Origin: a virus | Virus record (IMG/VR): IMGVR_UViG_3300023184_000086 | Location: 13,235 to 77,234 of that record | Strand: one strand, 5' to 3' | Length of the DNA: 64,000 nucleotides | In this document: positions 1 to 9,437 of the stretch, one piece after another | Numbering within the stretch: the first letter of the stretch is position 1 | Layout: the number at the start of each line of letters is the position of its first letter | Translations under genes and position numbers: made by a program | Notes under the pieces: generated by a model | The model's database searches: none | What the model saw: the letters and a program-made list of their open reading frames with translations, nothing else | Told to the model about the DNA's origin: nothing

Positions 1-1932
1 TTCCATGGGCATTTCAATACCATTGGTACTGTTTAATACAACACTACTAGATTCAACGGGAGCAACTGCCATAAGTGTAGCATTACGTATGCCATATTTC
101 TTCATACGTTCACGCAATGGTTCCCAATCTATACTAGGTGTAAAGTCAGTTAATTCATTAACACCTGCTGCTCTACGTTCCCAAGGAAATATTCCCTTAC
201 CGTAGTAAGTGTGTTCGCTACGCTTACATGGGCCACGCTCTTGGGCCAGTTCCACACTTGCTTCGGTAAGGTAATATGCTTGATGTTCCATCCAGCGTTT
301 GACTTCTGCCAATGCATCTGCTTCGCCATATTTAAAACTCTTACGTGCATGCCAGTATGCTAAGTTTGTAATGCCAACACCTAGCGGCTCAAAATCTTCG
401 TTGGCTAATTTACTTTGTATGCTCAGGAAGTCTTGATATTGTAACAAGTTACTTAGACTGCGAACCAATACACGACACGCTTTACGCATTTCTTGTGGGT
501 TACGGAAAGCACCCCAATTTACGGACCCAAGAGTACAAAGAGCAATGCGTCCCTCTGGATCTTCAATTCTCTGGAAAGGTTTCGTGGGTAAAAGTATTTC
601 TTGGCATAAATTTGATTGATATATTGGGTCAAGCCTAGTGTCAAACGGCCCCTGGTTGATAACGTTGTCGATATTGACAAGATAGATGCGCCCAGTATCA
701 GTACGTTCTTTAAGGATACCATTTTTGAATATCTCATCTGCCGATATGCGTTTCTTTTTAATTGTCGGATGCTTCTCATAGTTTACATACAATGTTTCAA
801 ATTCTTTACTGTCTCTGTAATAAGATTCATATAAATCAGGCACTTCTGCAGGATCAAACAATGTGATCATTTCGCCACGTTTATAACGATTCCAAAACAT
901 GGCGTTGACCACTACGCTGTAATCCATTTGACGCACACGGGTTTCGTCAGTACCTTGATTGTTTTTTAATACAATAAGATCTTCAAACTGATAATGCCAC
1001 ACAGGAAATGTTACAGTACAACTAGCATTACGAATACCACCCTGACTACAACTACGGAGGTCGGCAAACCATTTCTTCAAGAACGGAATCATACCAGTGT
1101 GTTTAATTTCACCATTACGTATTGGGGCACCTAATGGACGAATACGTCCGATCTCTAATCCTATACCAGCACGTTTACTGGCATATTTGGCCATCATTTC
1201 ACCACTTGCAAAGATACTGTCCAAAGTATCATCGCTACTGATAAGCACACAACTACTGAACTGCTTAGTAGTAGTACCGAGACCAGCAAGCACAGGTGTA
1301 GCCAACGTAAAATGACCCGCGCTAGCACATTCGTAATATTCTTTGACATATTTTAATCTTGCCTCCTTAGATTCATTATGGAATGCTGTGGCAGAAGCAA
1401 CAGCATAGCGTACCTGAGGAGTTTCAAATATCTGTCCAGTGGCACGATTCTGTACTAGATACTTTTCACATAACTGTGCTATAGCAGCATAGGTATATGT
1501 TTCATCTTTATCGTGATCAATAAAGAGATCTATAATATTCCATTCATCTTCTGTATACCACTCTAGTAGTTCAGGAGTATACATACCTAACTCTACATTT
1601 TTCTGTATAATGCTATATAATTTAGGAGGTTCATATTGTCCATATACTTCTTTACGTAGCATACTAACACGTTGTCTACCTGCTACATATTGATAGTTGA
1701 CATTATTAATTTCTGGATTTTCACTTTCATCAACTAAATCTACCATTGCTTTGAGCAATAGTTCATCAATTGTTTCAGTAGTCATACCATCATGTAGTTC
1801 AATTTGCGCTTTGATTTCGATCATACTAGGACTAACTCCGTCTATACCCTTACAAGAGTATGCTACCTGTCTTTGTATTTTTTCAATATCAATGGGGACG
1901 CGATTCCCATTACGCTTTACTACTGTAATCAT
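1..1932 (-). CDS. nrdA: Ribonucleoside-diphosphate reductase class Ia alpha subunit with N-terminal ATP cone (3' end outside window)
   Basis: Missing from the ORF track because it has no stop codon in the window. Manual translation from ATG 1932 gives MITVVKRNGNRVPIDIEKI (ATP cone), KQFSSCVLI (Cys ~228), YQSNLCQEILLP (Cys ~443), RIALCTLG and GIRNATLMAVAPVESSS..NGIE, all in one frame with E. coli-like spacing. Confidence 0.97.
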   Translation of the reverse strand, partial: MITVVKRNGNRVPIDIEKIQRQVAYSCKGIDGVSPSMIEIKAQIELHDGMTTETIDELLLKAMVDLVDESENPEINNVNYQYVAGRQRVSMLRKEVYGQYEPPKLYSIIQKNVELGMYTPELLEWYTEDEWNIIDLFIDHDKDETYTYAAIAQLCEKYLVQNRATGQIFETPQVRYAVASATAFHNESKEARLKYVKEYYECASAGHFTLATPVLAGLGTTTKQFSSCVLISSDDTLDSIFASGEMMAKYASKRAGIGLEIGRIRPLGAPIRNGEIKHTGMIPFLKKWFADLRSCSQGGIRNASCTVTFPVWHYQFEDLIVLKNNQGTDETRVRQMDYSVVVNAMFWNRYKRGEMITLFDPAEVPDLYESYYRDSKEFETLYVNYEKHPTIKKKRISADEIFKNGILKERTDTGRIYLVNIDNVINQGPFDTRLDPIYQSNLCQEILLPTKPFQRIEDPEGRIALCTLGSVNWGAFRNPQEMRKACRVLVRSLSNLLQYQDFLSIQSKLANEDFEPLGVGITNLAYWHARKSFKYGEADALAEVKRWMEHQAYYLTEASVELAQERGPCKRSEHTYYGKGIFPWERRAAGVNELTDFTPSIDWEPLRERMKKYGIRNATLMAVAPVESSSVVLNSTNGIEMPME

Positions 1933-1964
1933 TGCCTAACCTTTTTATTGTTCTTAGATGATAT

Positions 1965-2399
1965 TTACCTAGGACCTAAAACTTCTATTATATTTTCAAG
2001 TTTAAATCCGTCATTTATTTCTAATACAGAAACCGGACCATTATCATTATAATTAATAGCCCAAGTATTATCAACACATATTACATTGTACTGTCTAGTC
2101 CGATTAGAATCAACCATTGTTTTAATTTCTATTTTAGAATCTTTAAATTTTTTTGTCAATTTCAAAGTCCAACTAATCATCAATGCTTTAGTAAAATCAT
2201 CGTATAGATTAGTCTCTATGATCTCCCAGGGTGTAGGCCAACTTTTTTGATGGTACGGATCGATATTTCTATTATGTGGAATGAATGGAGCAGTTTGCCA
2301 AAATTCCCAAACTGCCTGCAATGGATCGGAACTGTTATCCAATTTTTTTCTATGTTTGATCCACTCTGTTAGTCTTTGATCAACAGGTTGGTTAAACAT
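1965..2399 (-). CDS. Hypothetical phage protein (144 aa)
   Basis: Clean ORF starting 2 nt after the upstream gene's stop; no recognised motif. Confidence 0.75.
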   Translation of the reverse strand: MFNQPVDQRLTEWIKHRKKLDNSSDPLQAVWEFWQTAPFIPHNRNIDPYHQKSWPTPWEIIETNLYDDFTKALMISWTLKLTKKFKDSKIEIKTMVDSNRTRQYNVICVDNTWAINYNDNGPVSVLEINDGFKLENIIEVLGPR

Positions 2400-2401
2400 A
2401 A

Positions 2402-4087
2402 TTAAAGCATTATTATTGGGTGTATATTCATACTAGCGCCATTAGTATATCCTGCTGGTGGTGTGTAAGTGCATTGTATATCAAAACGGCCTTTTCCATA
2501 ATCTACATACATACTCCAAATTACAAGTCCAGGGTCTACATTAAATGAATAATCATCAACTATATTACCAGTTTGTAATGTTATTCTTAGAGTTCCCATT
2601 CTGTCAACAGATGCCGTTGGTATCTTAGTGACCGGATCATACGATGCGGCAAAAATATTATATTTTATAATTATCTGTTGTGCATCAAATGATGTTGGTA
2701 ATCTTAGTATTCTGTTGAGGGCATTGTCATTAAGTGATGCTCTAAGAACTGGAAGTTCTAATATTGTTGGTCCCTGAACTAACGGTTGGTAATAAAAATC
2801 TTCAGCTATTCCGTTATTACGTTTATAAAATCTATCAAAGTAATCATTAACAGTACGATTTCCGGTTGTTTTATAATTTATAACCGGAGCGGTAGCAACC
2901 AATTCACTTTGTCCTAAATTACCTACATTATAAAATTTATTATTTGAACTAACATGGTTTGTATCACTAGTTCCATCACCTGCATAAATTGCTTCTAACT
3001 CTATATTCTTAAATAGATTATTATCAATTGTTGCATATTTTGGTCCAGTATCTGCTTGGGAATTTTTTGGGTTATTGAATATAATTCCGTAAAGTGAATT
3101 ATAAAATCTGCTATTTTGAATAGTGGTATAATACACATCATAATTTGATTGGATACTATTTCTAAGTCCAGTAAATTCGCATTCATCAATTAATATATTA
3201 CTAGCAGATACTGTGTCACCGCCGTAACATCTTATATCAATCCCCACGTATGTTGATGTAGTTTGTCCACCCTGAGCACGATTTCCTAAAAATTTAACAT
3301 TTCTAATTACAGAATTATCAGCACAATCTAAACTCATAAGAGACAGTGAAGTGGAGGTATTTGTTAGACTGCTATCATACCGAATTGTTAGTCCTTCAAT
3401 ATAAATGTCAGTTGGTTGACTTCCGCCGGAATTTATTCCACCAAACGCTAGATTATCAAATGTTGTTCTACCTGGTTCGTTTACGTTGTCCGGGTCTGCA
3501 TCAATTGTTTGAAAAACATGACTAACATTAGATATTAGATTTATAATAGTTTTATCAGGACCTTCGCCTACAATTGTGGTATGTTTAGGGATAAAAATAG
3601 TAGTATCTATGTTGTATACTCCGGCAGGTAAATGTAATACCTTGGCAGAATTTTTCCCGTAATCGCTAGTTGTTTTTAAAGGATCTAAAAATAAATTATC
3701 AATGGCAACCTGCATAAGAGCAGATACTACTTCGTCACCACCCACACCGCTAACACCAAAGTCTGTGATACTAACTATATCATCGTTCTTTTTGTTTATA
3801 GGTCTTTCAAAAGGTACGCCGCCAAATGAGGGTGCTGTAATAGCAGGAGATGTGTCTCCTCTATAGGTATATCCTAAATCGGCTGTTGTTACTACATTGA
3901 ATAGATCATTCTCTGTTAATATTCTAACATTGGCATCTCTTGCCCCGCCGTCATCTCTACGTAGACCTATATATAGATGTTCAGTGTCAGCCGCCCAACC
4001 AAATTCGCCACCTGCTAATGTTGGTACGCCTGTTTGATTTTCTTGCCCACGACGGACCTGAATTCTTGAAATTTCTACTACAGCCAT
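2402..4087 (-). CDS. Virion (baseplate/tail) protein with pectate-lyase-like parallel beta-helix
   Basis: N-terminal ISRIQVRRG..LAGGEFGWA attachment motif; VSITDFG, LHLPAGVYNI and IVGEG motifs (Pectate_lyase_3-like); repeated I..N.F beta-helix rungs. Confidence 0.75.
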   Translation of the reverse strand: MAVVEISRIQVRRGQENQTGVPTLAGGEFGWAADTEHLYIGLRRDDGGARDANVRILTENDLFNVVTTADLGYTYRGDTSPAITAPSFGGVPFERPINKKNDDIVSITDFGVSGVGGDEVVSALMQVAIDNLFLDPLKTTSDYGKNSAKVLHLPAGVYNIDTTIFIPKHTTIVGEGPDKTIINLISNVSHVFQTIDADPDNVNEPGRTTFDNLAFGGINSGGSQPTDIYIEGLTIRYDSSLTNTSTSLSLMSLDCADNSVIRNVKFLGNRAQGGQTTSTYVGIDIRCYGGDTVSASNILIDECEFTGLRNSIQSNYDVYYTTIQNSRFYNSLYGIIFNNPKNSQADTGPKYATIDNNLFKNIELEAIYAGDGTSDTNHVSSNNKFYNVGNLGQSELVATAPVINYKTTGNRTVNDYFDRFYKRNNGIAEDFYYQPLVQGPTILELPVLRASLNDNALNRILRLPTSFDAQQIIIKYNIFAASYDPVTKIPTASVDRMGTLRITLQTGNIVDDYSFNVDPGLVIWSMYVDYGKGRFDIQCTYTPPAGYTNGASMNIHPIIML

Positions 4088-4090
4088 AAT

Positions 4091-4114
4091 AATATCCCCT
4101 ATATAGGATATTTA
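4091..4114 (-). promoter_or_regulatory. Late promoter TAAATA overlapping a hairpin that sequesters the Shine-Dalgarno
   Basis: Minus strand reads TAAATATCCTATATAGGGGATATTATTATG; the AATATCC/GGATATT stem overlaps SD AGGGGA. Confidence 0.6.
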
Positions 4115-4125
4115 TCATAACTGGA

Positions 4126-4827
4126 TTACTTAATTAAGGCGTAATACTCTTCAACTTTGTTTAACCAAGCATCTTGCCATTTGTTAAAGTCTTTAGGTTC
4201 TAGTGTAAATTGTTGATATTGTAAATCTCTGCTACACATGAATATAACACCCTTGCGTATGTCGGTTTTATATACTTCATTATGTGCTAGTATATAGGCC
4301 ATGAGTTGTATATAGTAGTCATCAACCCATTCTAGTTTTTTAGGTTTATTAGTTTGCTTGTGGTCGCAAACTGCTGGCTCGCCTTCGTGTATACCAATTA
4401 GGTCAGTAGTACCACTATATAGTCCGGGAAAGTAAAGACTTTGTTCCATAGCCCAAACTTCACTCATTTTACTAAGACCGTTTTCAATAATGATGTCAGC
4501 CATTTTGTTAGCCTGTACATGTACTGGATTGCTGCCGGGTTGACGTTGTTCACCAATTAAAAAACGTTCTAAATTGGCATGCATTGCTGTTCCAACTCCC
4601 GCCGCTTCAGAAGTAATTTGTTGTGCCTTATCGTGTCCAACACGATCTCTCCATGCATTAAGATGAGTTTGATCTTTAGTAGCACCTAGGATGGTAGTTA
4701 CGCTAGGTAACTTTTCTCCATCGGGTGTGCGATACACTCTTTTTCGAGTTACCGGGTCGTTAATTTGAACACAGTTTTTATATTGGAAACGTTCAACGAA
4801 CGCAGGAGGAGTATAGGTTGTTGTCAT
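4126..4827 (-). CDS. PD-(D/E)XK exonuclease (MGME1/phage exonuclease-like)
   Basis: YRTPDGEKLPSVTTIL, GTAMH, E..LY, GTTD, DHKQ and Y.IQL.AY motifs. Confidence 0.88.
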   Translation of the reverse strand: MTTTYTPPAFVERFQYKNCVQINDPVTRKRVYRTPDGEKLPSVTTILGATKDQTHLNAWRDRVGHDKAQQITSEAAGVGTAMHANLERFLIGEQRQPGSNPVHVQANKMADIIIENGLSKMSEVWAMEQSLYFPGLYSGTTDLIGIHEGEPAVCDHKQTNKPKKLEWVDDYYIQLMAYILAHNEVYKTDIRKGVIFMCSRDLQYQQFTLEPKDFNKWQDAWLNKVEEYYALIK

Positions 4828-4836
4828 ATAGTGTTA

Positions 4837-4865
4837 ATTATAACACTACAGATTATAAAGGTCAA
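4837..4865 (-). promoter_or_regulatory. Sigma70-type promoter for the exonuclease gene
   Basis: TTGACC (4865-4860), 17-nt spacer, TATAAT (4842-4837); ATG only 9 nt downstream. Confidence 0.7.
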
Positions 4866-5209
4866 ATATCTGGCTTTAAATTCTTAGCATTTCTTGATGC
4901 CATAGCATCTACTGTTGAACTTGTTCCGCCTGCTTGTGCGGCTTTATCTTTATTTGGATTTTCTGTTTTAGTTTTAAGTAATACTGTACCGTCATCTAAT
5001 ATATCAGAAATAACATCACCTGCTGGATCGACTGCATTCTTAAGTGCTATCAAACCATCAGGTGTGCTTATACCCAATCCATAGGGTTTTAAAATATTCA
5101 TTACTACAGGGAAAGGCAATGAAGAAGGTTGATCGGCTCTATTAGCCTGTCCTTGTAATACGGCTAAAACATCCCTAGCCGATCCTAGATCAACTTCAAA
5201 TAATCTCAT
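4862..5209 (-). CDS. Hypothetical protein, possible head/internal protein (starts MRLFE)
   Basis: Abuts the upstream gene; N-terminal M-R-x-x-E motif. Confidence 0.75.
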   Translation of the reverse strand: MRLFEVDLGSARDVLAVLQGQANRADQPSSLPFPVVMNILKPYGLGISTPDGLIALKNAVDPAGDVISDILDDGTVLLKTKTENPNKDKAAQAGGTSSTVDAMASRNAKNLKPDI

Positions 5210-6520
5210 TTACTTTGCCAATGAGGCCATGATGTCATGCGATTCTTTAAGTTTTTTAACAAACTTGTTTTCACGCATTTCACGTCCAGTTGTTCCCATA
5301 CCTGCTGCTGCATCTGCTGCACCAAATTCATCCCCCCCTGGTGCTGGATTCATTGCGTCAGGGGCACCGATATCCATTCCTGGTTCTGGAGGCATCTCTG
5401 GTTCCATACCCATTGCTGCATCCGGCGTGGCTTCTCCTGCTAATGCTGCAACTGCTCCACTCACCGCTTCACGTTGTTGAGTTAGTGTCTCAAGTGTAGC
5501 GGATAGTGCCGGACCAACTGCGGCTTTAAATGCTTCTGCTTCTTGCGCTCCAAAGTCTGCTTTAATCGCGTCTGCTAATTCAATCATAGTTTTAGTTTGA
5601 TATTGGCCAACACGTTGCATCCAACTTGTGAAATCATTAACCATATCACCTGCGCTTGTAATGGCCTTTGCCTTACCTTCTTCATCTTCCGCTAATAGAT
5701 AGCCTAAACTTTCATTAACAAATTGAACATTGTGTTTAAAGGTATTGAAAGCCTCTTTAACTTTCTTTTTAGCACGTAGTTTTGCAAAATCGCTTTTCTC
5801 TAATTTGCCGTCATGATCAGCGTCAAGTTTACCCTGCTTGCCTTTTAAGCCTTCCATTGTACCCATGCACTCTTTGCAATCGCAGCCCTTAGGATGTTTA
5901 CCTGTTTCACCTAGTGGCTTCTTATCTTTTTTAGCAGGCATTGTCTTTGCTGGACGACGTGCATCTTCCGGTGGCTTCTTGTAATCAGATTGATTACCAT
6001 ATGAACTGCCTTTAACTGTTCTACTTGGTAGATCAGCCATCTTAACTTCTTTAATATTATCAGAGGTTGCTTTGGCAATAGCCTTCTTTTTAGGAACACC
6101 TCCTGCTGTCATACGAGCAACTTGAACATCGTCAAAGTTTTTCTTACCATCGCCGGTCTTGTCGTCGCCTGAGCCTTTGGCTTTTTTAGTATGTTTAACA
6201 TCACGAACACCTTTTTTAGCCTCGCTCAATTGATCCATTTTGTCACGTAGTTTTTTAATGTCTTCGCCTAGCATTTCTTTAATCCTTGTATTAAGCAAGT
6301 CCAACATGGCCTTGTCTTTTTGATATGTTTCGTTGGTTAGCAAATCATTGATACCTGCTGAACCCTCTTGTTGGAAAACCCGGGTACGTAATTTGTTACG
6401 CATGTCTTCTAGTTGTTCTCTAGAATAATTCTCTAACTTAACTCTTACACCGAACATCTTGTTCATGTTTTCGTTTAGTTTTTTGCTTGTTAGCGGAGAT
6501 GTAAAATCAGTTGTTTTCAT
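5210..6520 (-). CDS. Probable prohead core/scaffold-like protein
   Basis: Charged, helical and low-complexity, with many L/I/V-x-E sites, an acidic Pro/Gly/Met C-terminal linker and two EF-hand-like loops; late TAAATA at 6548-6553. Confidence 0.55.
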   Translation of the reverse strand: MKTTDFTSPLTSKKLNENMNKMFGVRVKLENYSREQLEDMRNKLRTRVFQQEGSAGINDLLTNETYQKDKAMLDLLNTRIKEMLGEDIKKLRDKMDQLSEAKKGVRDVKHTKKAKGSGDDKTGDGKKNFDDVQVARMTAGGVPKKKAIAKATSDNIKEVKMADLPSRTVKGSSYGNQSDYKKPPEDARRPAKTMPAKKDKKPLGETGKHPKGCDCKECMGTMEGLKGKQGKLDADHDGKLEKSDFAKLRAKKKVKEAFNTFKHNVQFVNESLGYLLAEDEEGKAKAITSAGDMVNDFTSWMQRVGQYQTKTMIELADAIKADFGAQEAEAFKAAVGPALSATLETLTQQREAVSGAVAALAGEATPDAAMGMEPEMPPEPGMDIGAPDAMNPAPGGDEFGAADAAAGMGTTGREMRENKFVKKLKESHDIMASLAK

Positions 6521-6550
6521 AATTAATCCCAGAAAGATCGATAGTATTAT

Positions 6551-7021
6551 TTAGTTAAATCGAATAAGTTTATTAAAACTTCTCATAACAGTTTTCATAT
6601 ATTCTTCTTTCTTTTCTTTAGAAATTCTAGATTTAACCGTCATAATATCCATGCGATCTAATGATTTTGATGCCAAGTTTTTCTCTGCTAGTTTATTATG
6701 TAGTTCCTCATCAAACAATGCGTATCCGTATTTTGTATCGGCCTCAAGCAGATCATCATTTACAAATTTGCCCAATGCTAGCCTATTGGCTAGCACAGCC
6801 GCAGTTTGTGGAAGATTTATATTATCTATAATTATATCTTTTTCAAAATCTAATATACAATAAAATCCGTTTTTTTTGCGTTTAATGTAATAACGTCCTA
6901 CACTAATAGTGCCATCGTTATTTTTTACAGGAATTATTACTCCTTGTTGAAGCAATTTTTCTTTTGAATTTTTACTTAGTTCTTCTATTTTTGAATAGAG
7001 GTCATTTGGTCGTAGTTTCAT
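6551..7021 (-). CDS. Hypothetical protein (156 aa)
   Basis: ORF overlapping the upstream gene within the operon. Confidence 0.75.
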   Translation of the reverse strand: MKLRPNDLYSKIEELSKNSKEKLLQQGVIIPVKNNDGTISVGRYYIKRKKNGFYCILDFEKDIIIDNINLPQTAAVLANRLALGKFVNDDLLEADTKYGYALFDEELHNKLAEKNLASKSLDRMDIMTVKSRISKEKKEEYMKTVMRSFNKLIRFN

Positions 7022-7214
7022 CTAGTTGTTTTATTAAAGTTGTACTATCATTACTTATTGCGTAAAGTCCCTTGCGAACAAGGTTTTGAGCAAGCCATTG
7101 ATCATGCTCATCTAAACTAGTAATAGATACATTATCTTTATGTCTACGGAGGAAAGATTGTTCTTCATTGGTGAGAACAATATGCATCCCCGATAATAAC
7201 TGACCTATTTTCAT
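7002..7214 (-). CDS. Hypothetical protein (70 aa), possibly winged-helix-like
   Basis: ATGA coupling to the upstream gene; LTNEEQ...AQNLVRKGL pattern. Confidence 0.7.
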   Translation of the reverse strand: MKIGQLLSGMHIVLTNEEQSFLRRHKDNVSITSLDEHDQWLAQNLVRKGLYAISNDSTTLIKQLDETTTK

Positions 7215-7585
7215 ACTGTCGGTGGTTGCTGCATCTGCTGCTGCATCTGTTGTTGTTTTTGTTTTAGACCTACAATCTGTGCGGCAATCTTATCAAGGTC
7301 TGTCATTGTATCTTTCATACCTTGTTGCATTGCGGGAGGTTGTCCTATTGGTTGTCCTGCTGGCTGCTGATTGCCTAATGTTGGAGCAGGTTGTCCAGGA
7401 GCAGGTGGAGGTGTTTGTCCAGGTGGAGGTGTTTGTCCAGGTGGAGGTGTTTGTCCAGGTGGAGGTGTTTGTCCAGGTGGAGGTGTTTGTCCAGGTGGAG
7501 TTGATTTTGATAATCCATTAGGATTAACAGGATCAGTTGTTGTTCCTACTGGTGCTACTGCTTCAACTAACTCTGATATACGCAT
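7211..7585 (-). CDS. Pro/Gln-rich protein (starts MRISEL) with TPPPGQ repeats
   Basis: Translationally coupled on both sides; contains an 18-bp tandem repeat. Confidence 0.75.
   Translation of the reverse strand: MRISELVEAVAPVGTTTDPVNPNGLSKSTPPGQTPPPGQTPPPGQTPPPGQTPPPGQTPPPAPGQPAPTLGNQQPAGQPIGQPPAMQQGMKDTMTDLDKIAAQIVGLKQKQQQMQQQMQQPPTV
7402..7500. repeat. Perfect 18-bp tandem repeat, about 5.5 copies (CAGGTGGAGGTGTTTGTC)
   Basis: Read directly; encodes (TPPPGQ)n on the minus strand. Confidence 0.95.
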
Positions 7586-7586
7586 A

Positions 7587-7907
7587 TTATTTTAAAATGC
7601 CTAGTATTGTTTCAGCATGTGCTGTAATCCAACCTAACGCTGCTAATGCTCCTGCACCAAGATAGACCCATTTTGTTTTAAATTGCTCAAGTTCTTTAAT
7701 TTTACCGGCCATATCAGTGTGTTGATCAACATTTACTTTATGCATTACGGCAAGTTGATCCATGATACTGTCACGAGTACGATCTAGGCAATCATGCATA
7801 TCTTTGACATCTGTTTTGAGATTGTCAATCTTTTCTTCAATGTTATCTACTTTTGTTTCTAGTACGCTAACACGTTCTGGAACGGTTGCCAGTGCTGCTC
7901 GAGCCAT
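7587..7907 (-). CDS. Coiled-coil protein with C-terminal transmembrane helix (XhlA/holin-like architecture)
   Basis: Heptad-rich N-terminus, then hydrophobic WVYLGAGALAALGWI; SD AAGGAG. Confidence 0.6.
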   Translation of the reverse strand: MARAALATVPERVSVLETKVDNIEEKIDNLKTDVKDMHDCLDRTRDSIMDQLAVMHKVNVDQHTDMAGKIKELEQFKTKWVYLGAGALAALGWITAHAETILGILK

Positions 7908-7950
7908 TTAAGTCATCTCCTTTAAGGTGTACGAATTTCCGACTAGTTGC

Positions 7951-8376
7951 CTAAATTGTGCCTTTGATTGCCTTAATGACTGTATTCTTGGAAGACGCAT
8001 CTATTAGTTCGAAAATGGCCTTCTCGATATTTATCGTTTCAGTTAACTTTTTAATAATTGGAACACCCTGCATATCTTCGTACAAACATCCTAGTTCATG
8101 TAGACCATCTGAGTACACATCGGATCTGTCTGGATTAAATCTAAATGTCCATACGGCATGTTTGCCTTTGAACTTAGTTCCAAACCCTAAATCTTTAATA
8201 TCAATAACTTGCATCTCCGGAGCAAAGTCATAAGATATAATTGATCTAATTTCAATACATTGTTTTAATGTAACAAAATTTCTATACTGGTCATGTTCTA
8301 ATGTGGTACCTTGATTAGGTCTTGCAACCTTTGTATCAGTGATATCTATTAAAGTTTTAATTTCTATTGTTTGCAT
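7951..8376 (-). CDS. Hypothetical protein (start revised to MQTIEIKT)
   Basis: The track start (8436) lies at the edge of a terminator; TAAATA at 8394-8399 and AGGT precede ATG 8376. Confidence 0.75.
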   Translation of the reverse strand: MQTIEIKTLIDITDTKVARPNQGTTLEHDQYRNFVTLKQCIEIRSIISYDFAPEMQVIDIKDLGFGTKFKGKHAVWTFRFNPDRSDVYSDGLHELGCLYEDMQGVPIIKKLTETINIEKAIFELIDASSKNTVIKAIKGTI

Positions 8377-8407
8377 AATATACCTATATAATATATTTAT
8401 GTCAAAG

Positions 8408-8434
8408 AAAAAGGGAGTTAAAAAACTCCCTTTC
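8408..8434 (-). terminator. Rho-independent terminator
   Basis: AAAGGGAGTT/AACTCCCTTT stem followed by a U-tract on the minus strand, just after the 8453-8881 gene. Confidence 0.8.
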
Positions 8435-8452
8435 ATTTTCTAATAGTTTAGA

Positions 8453-8881
8453 TTAGAATGTTGTGCCGTTAACACCAAGTGCTGTAGTTACAGTACCAAG
8501 GTCAAAACCTTGCCATGTACCTTGAGCGCGGATTAAACGCTTAACGTAATCAATGAATGACTCGCTGTTTGTACCATCCCACTTGATTGTTCCAGCAAAT
8601 GCGCCGCCTGGTGCTGAAAGAGCAATTGCAAGAATTGTGTTACCAGAACTACCTAAATTGTATTGTGGTGTACCAATTAGTTCAATTGTTGCTACTTGAG
8701 TAACTGCTTCCAATGCTACTGCGATTGGGCTGCGTGATGCACTTGGATAAGTTGTTGTATCGGTATCTAACATTGCTGTCAAGTCGCTGCTTGGGAAAGT
8801 AATAGTAAGAAACTGTAAAGTTACGCCGTTCTTGTAAAACGGTGCTACTACCGTTTCATTCTTTTTTGTTAATGTTGCCAT
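8453..8881 (-). CDS. Small, probably abundant virion protein (142 aa)
   Basis: Has its own late promoter (8937-8942), a leader hairpin (8907-8927), a strong SD AGGAGA and its own terminator; Ala/Thr/Gly-rich. Confidence 0.6.
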   Translation of the reverse strand: MATLTKKNETVVAPFYKNGVTLQFLTITFPSSDLTAMLDTDTTTYPSASRSPIAVALEAVTQVATIELIGTPQYNLGSSGNTILAIALSAPGGAFAGTIKWDGTNSESFIDYVKRLIRAQGTWQGFDLGTVTTALGVNGTTF

Positions 8882-8975
8882 TTTAAATATCTCCTGATCT
8901 TGTTTTTAAGTTTCCCTATGAAACTTATTATGTTTTTATTTATCTCAATTGAAAGAAATTAAGCCAAATGCCCTA

Positions 8976-9275
8976 TTAATCGTCGTTTTTGACATCACCT
9001 TCTATGATTTTAAGATGTTTAGCGGTTTCTTTATTATCCCTTAATTTACGTATGCCACGAGTAAATTTGTTAGGATCTGATGCTTTAATACTGTTAATAA
9101 GCCTGCGTTCTAACTCATAAGCATCTTCTGGGGAGAAATTTTCTTTAATAAGTGCTAATAGATTGATAGCACTATCAATAACATGTGTAGCCCTTGATTC
9201 AATAATGGCTTCGCTATTCTTCTTTTCCGTTATGGAATTAAGTTCTTCTAACAGACTACGAGTTGTTCTTTTCAA
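8976..9275 (-). CDS. Hypothetical helical protein (start revised to TTG, MKRTTRSLLEEL)
   Basis: TAAATA at 9295-9300 and SD AAGGA precede TTG 9275. Confidence 0.7.
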   Translation of the reverse strand: MKRTTRSLLEELNSITEKKNSEAIIESRATHVIDSAINLLALIKENFSPEDAYELERRLINSIKASDPNKFTRGIRKLRDNKETAKHLKIIEGDVKNDD

Positions 9276-9336
9276 GATGTTATCCTTGTTATGGTATTTA
9301 GTAGAGTATAGCACATACCTTTGGAGAAATAAAGAC

Positions 9337-9374
9337 TTGTAAATTGTGCGGTCGCAGCATACAATGTATAAATA
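9337..9374 (+). promoter_or_regulatory. Sigma70-like promoter with a TGC-N4-GCA (PhaR-like) box in the spacer, followed by late promoter TATAAATA
   Basis: TTGTAA (9337-9342), 17 nt containing TGTGCGGTCGCAGCA, TACAAT (9360-9365), then TATAAATA (9367-9374). Confidence 0.6.
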
Positions 9375-9437
9375 CTTTACTCAGTAGAAACCATGAGAGA
9401 CTACTGAGAATATGTTATATACAAAGGAAAATAAAAT

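Noticed and set aside
5-2052. Short ORFs on both strands suggesting a fragmented region, or an intron/intein-split nrdA
   Set aside because: They are shadows of a single nrdA frame; catalytic motif spacing matches an uninterrupted enzyme.
7908-7916. Mini-ORF ATG-ACT-TAA before the 7907 start
   Set aside because: SD spacing fits the downstream ATG; likely chance.
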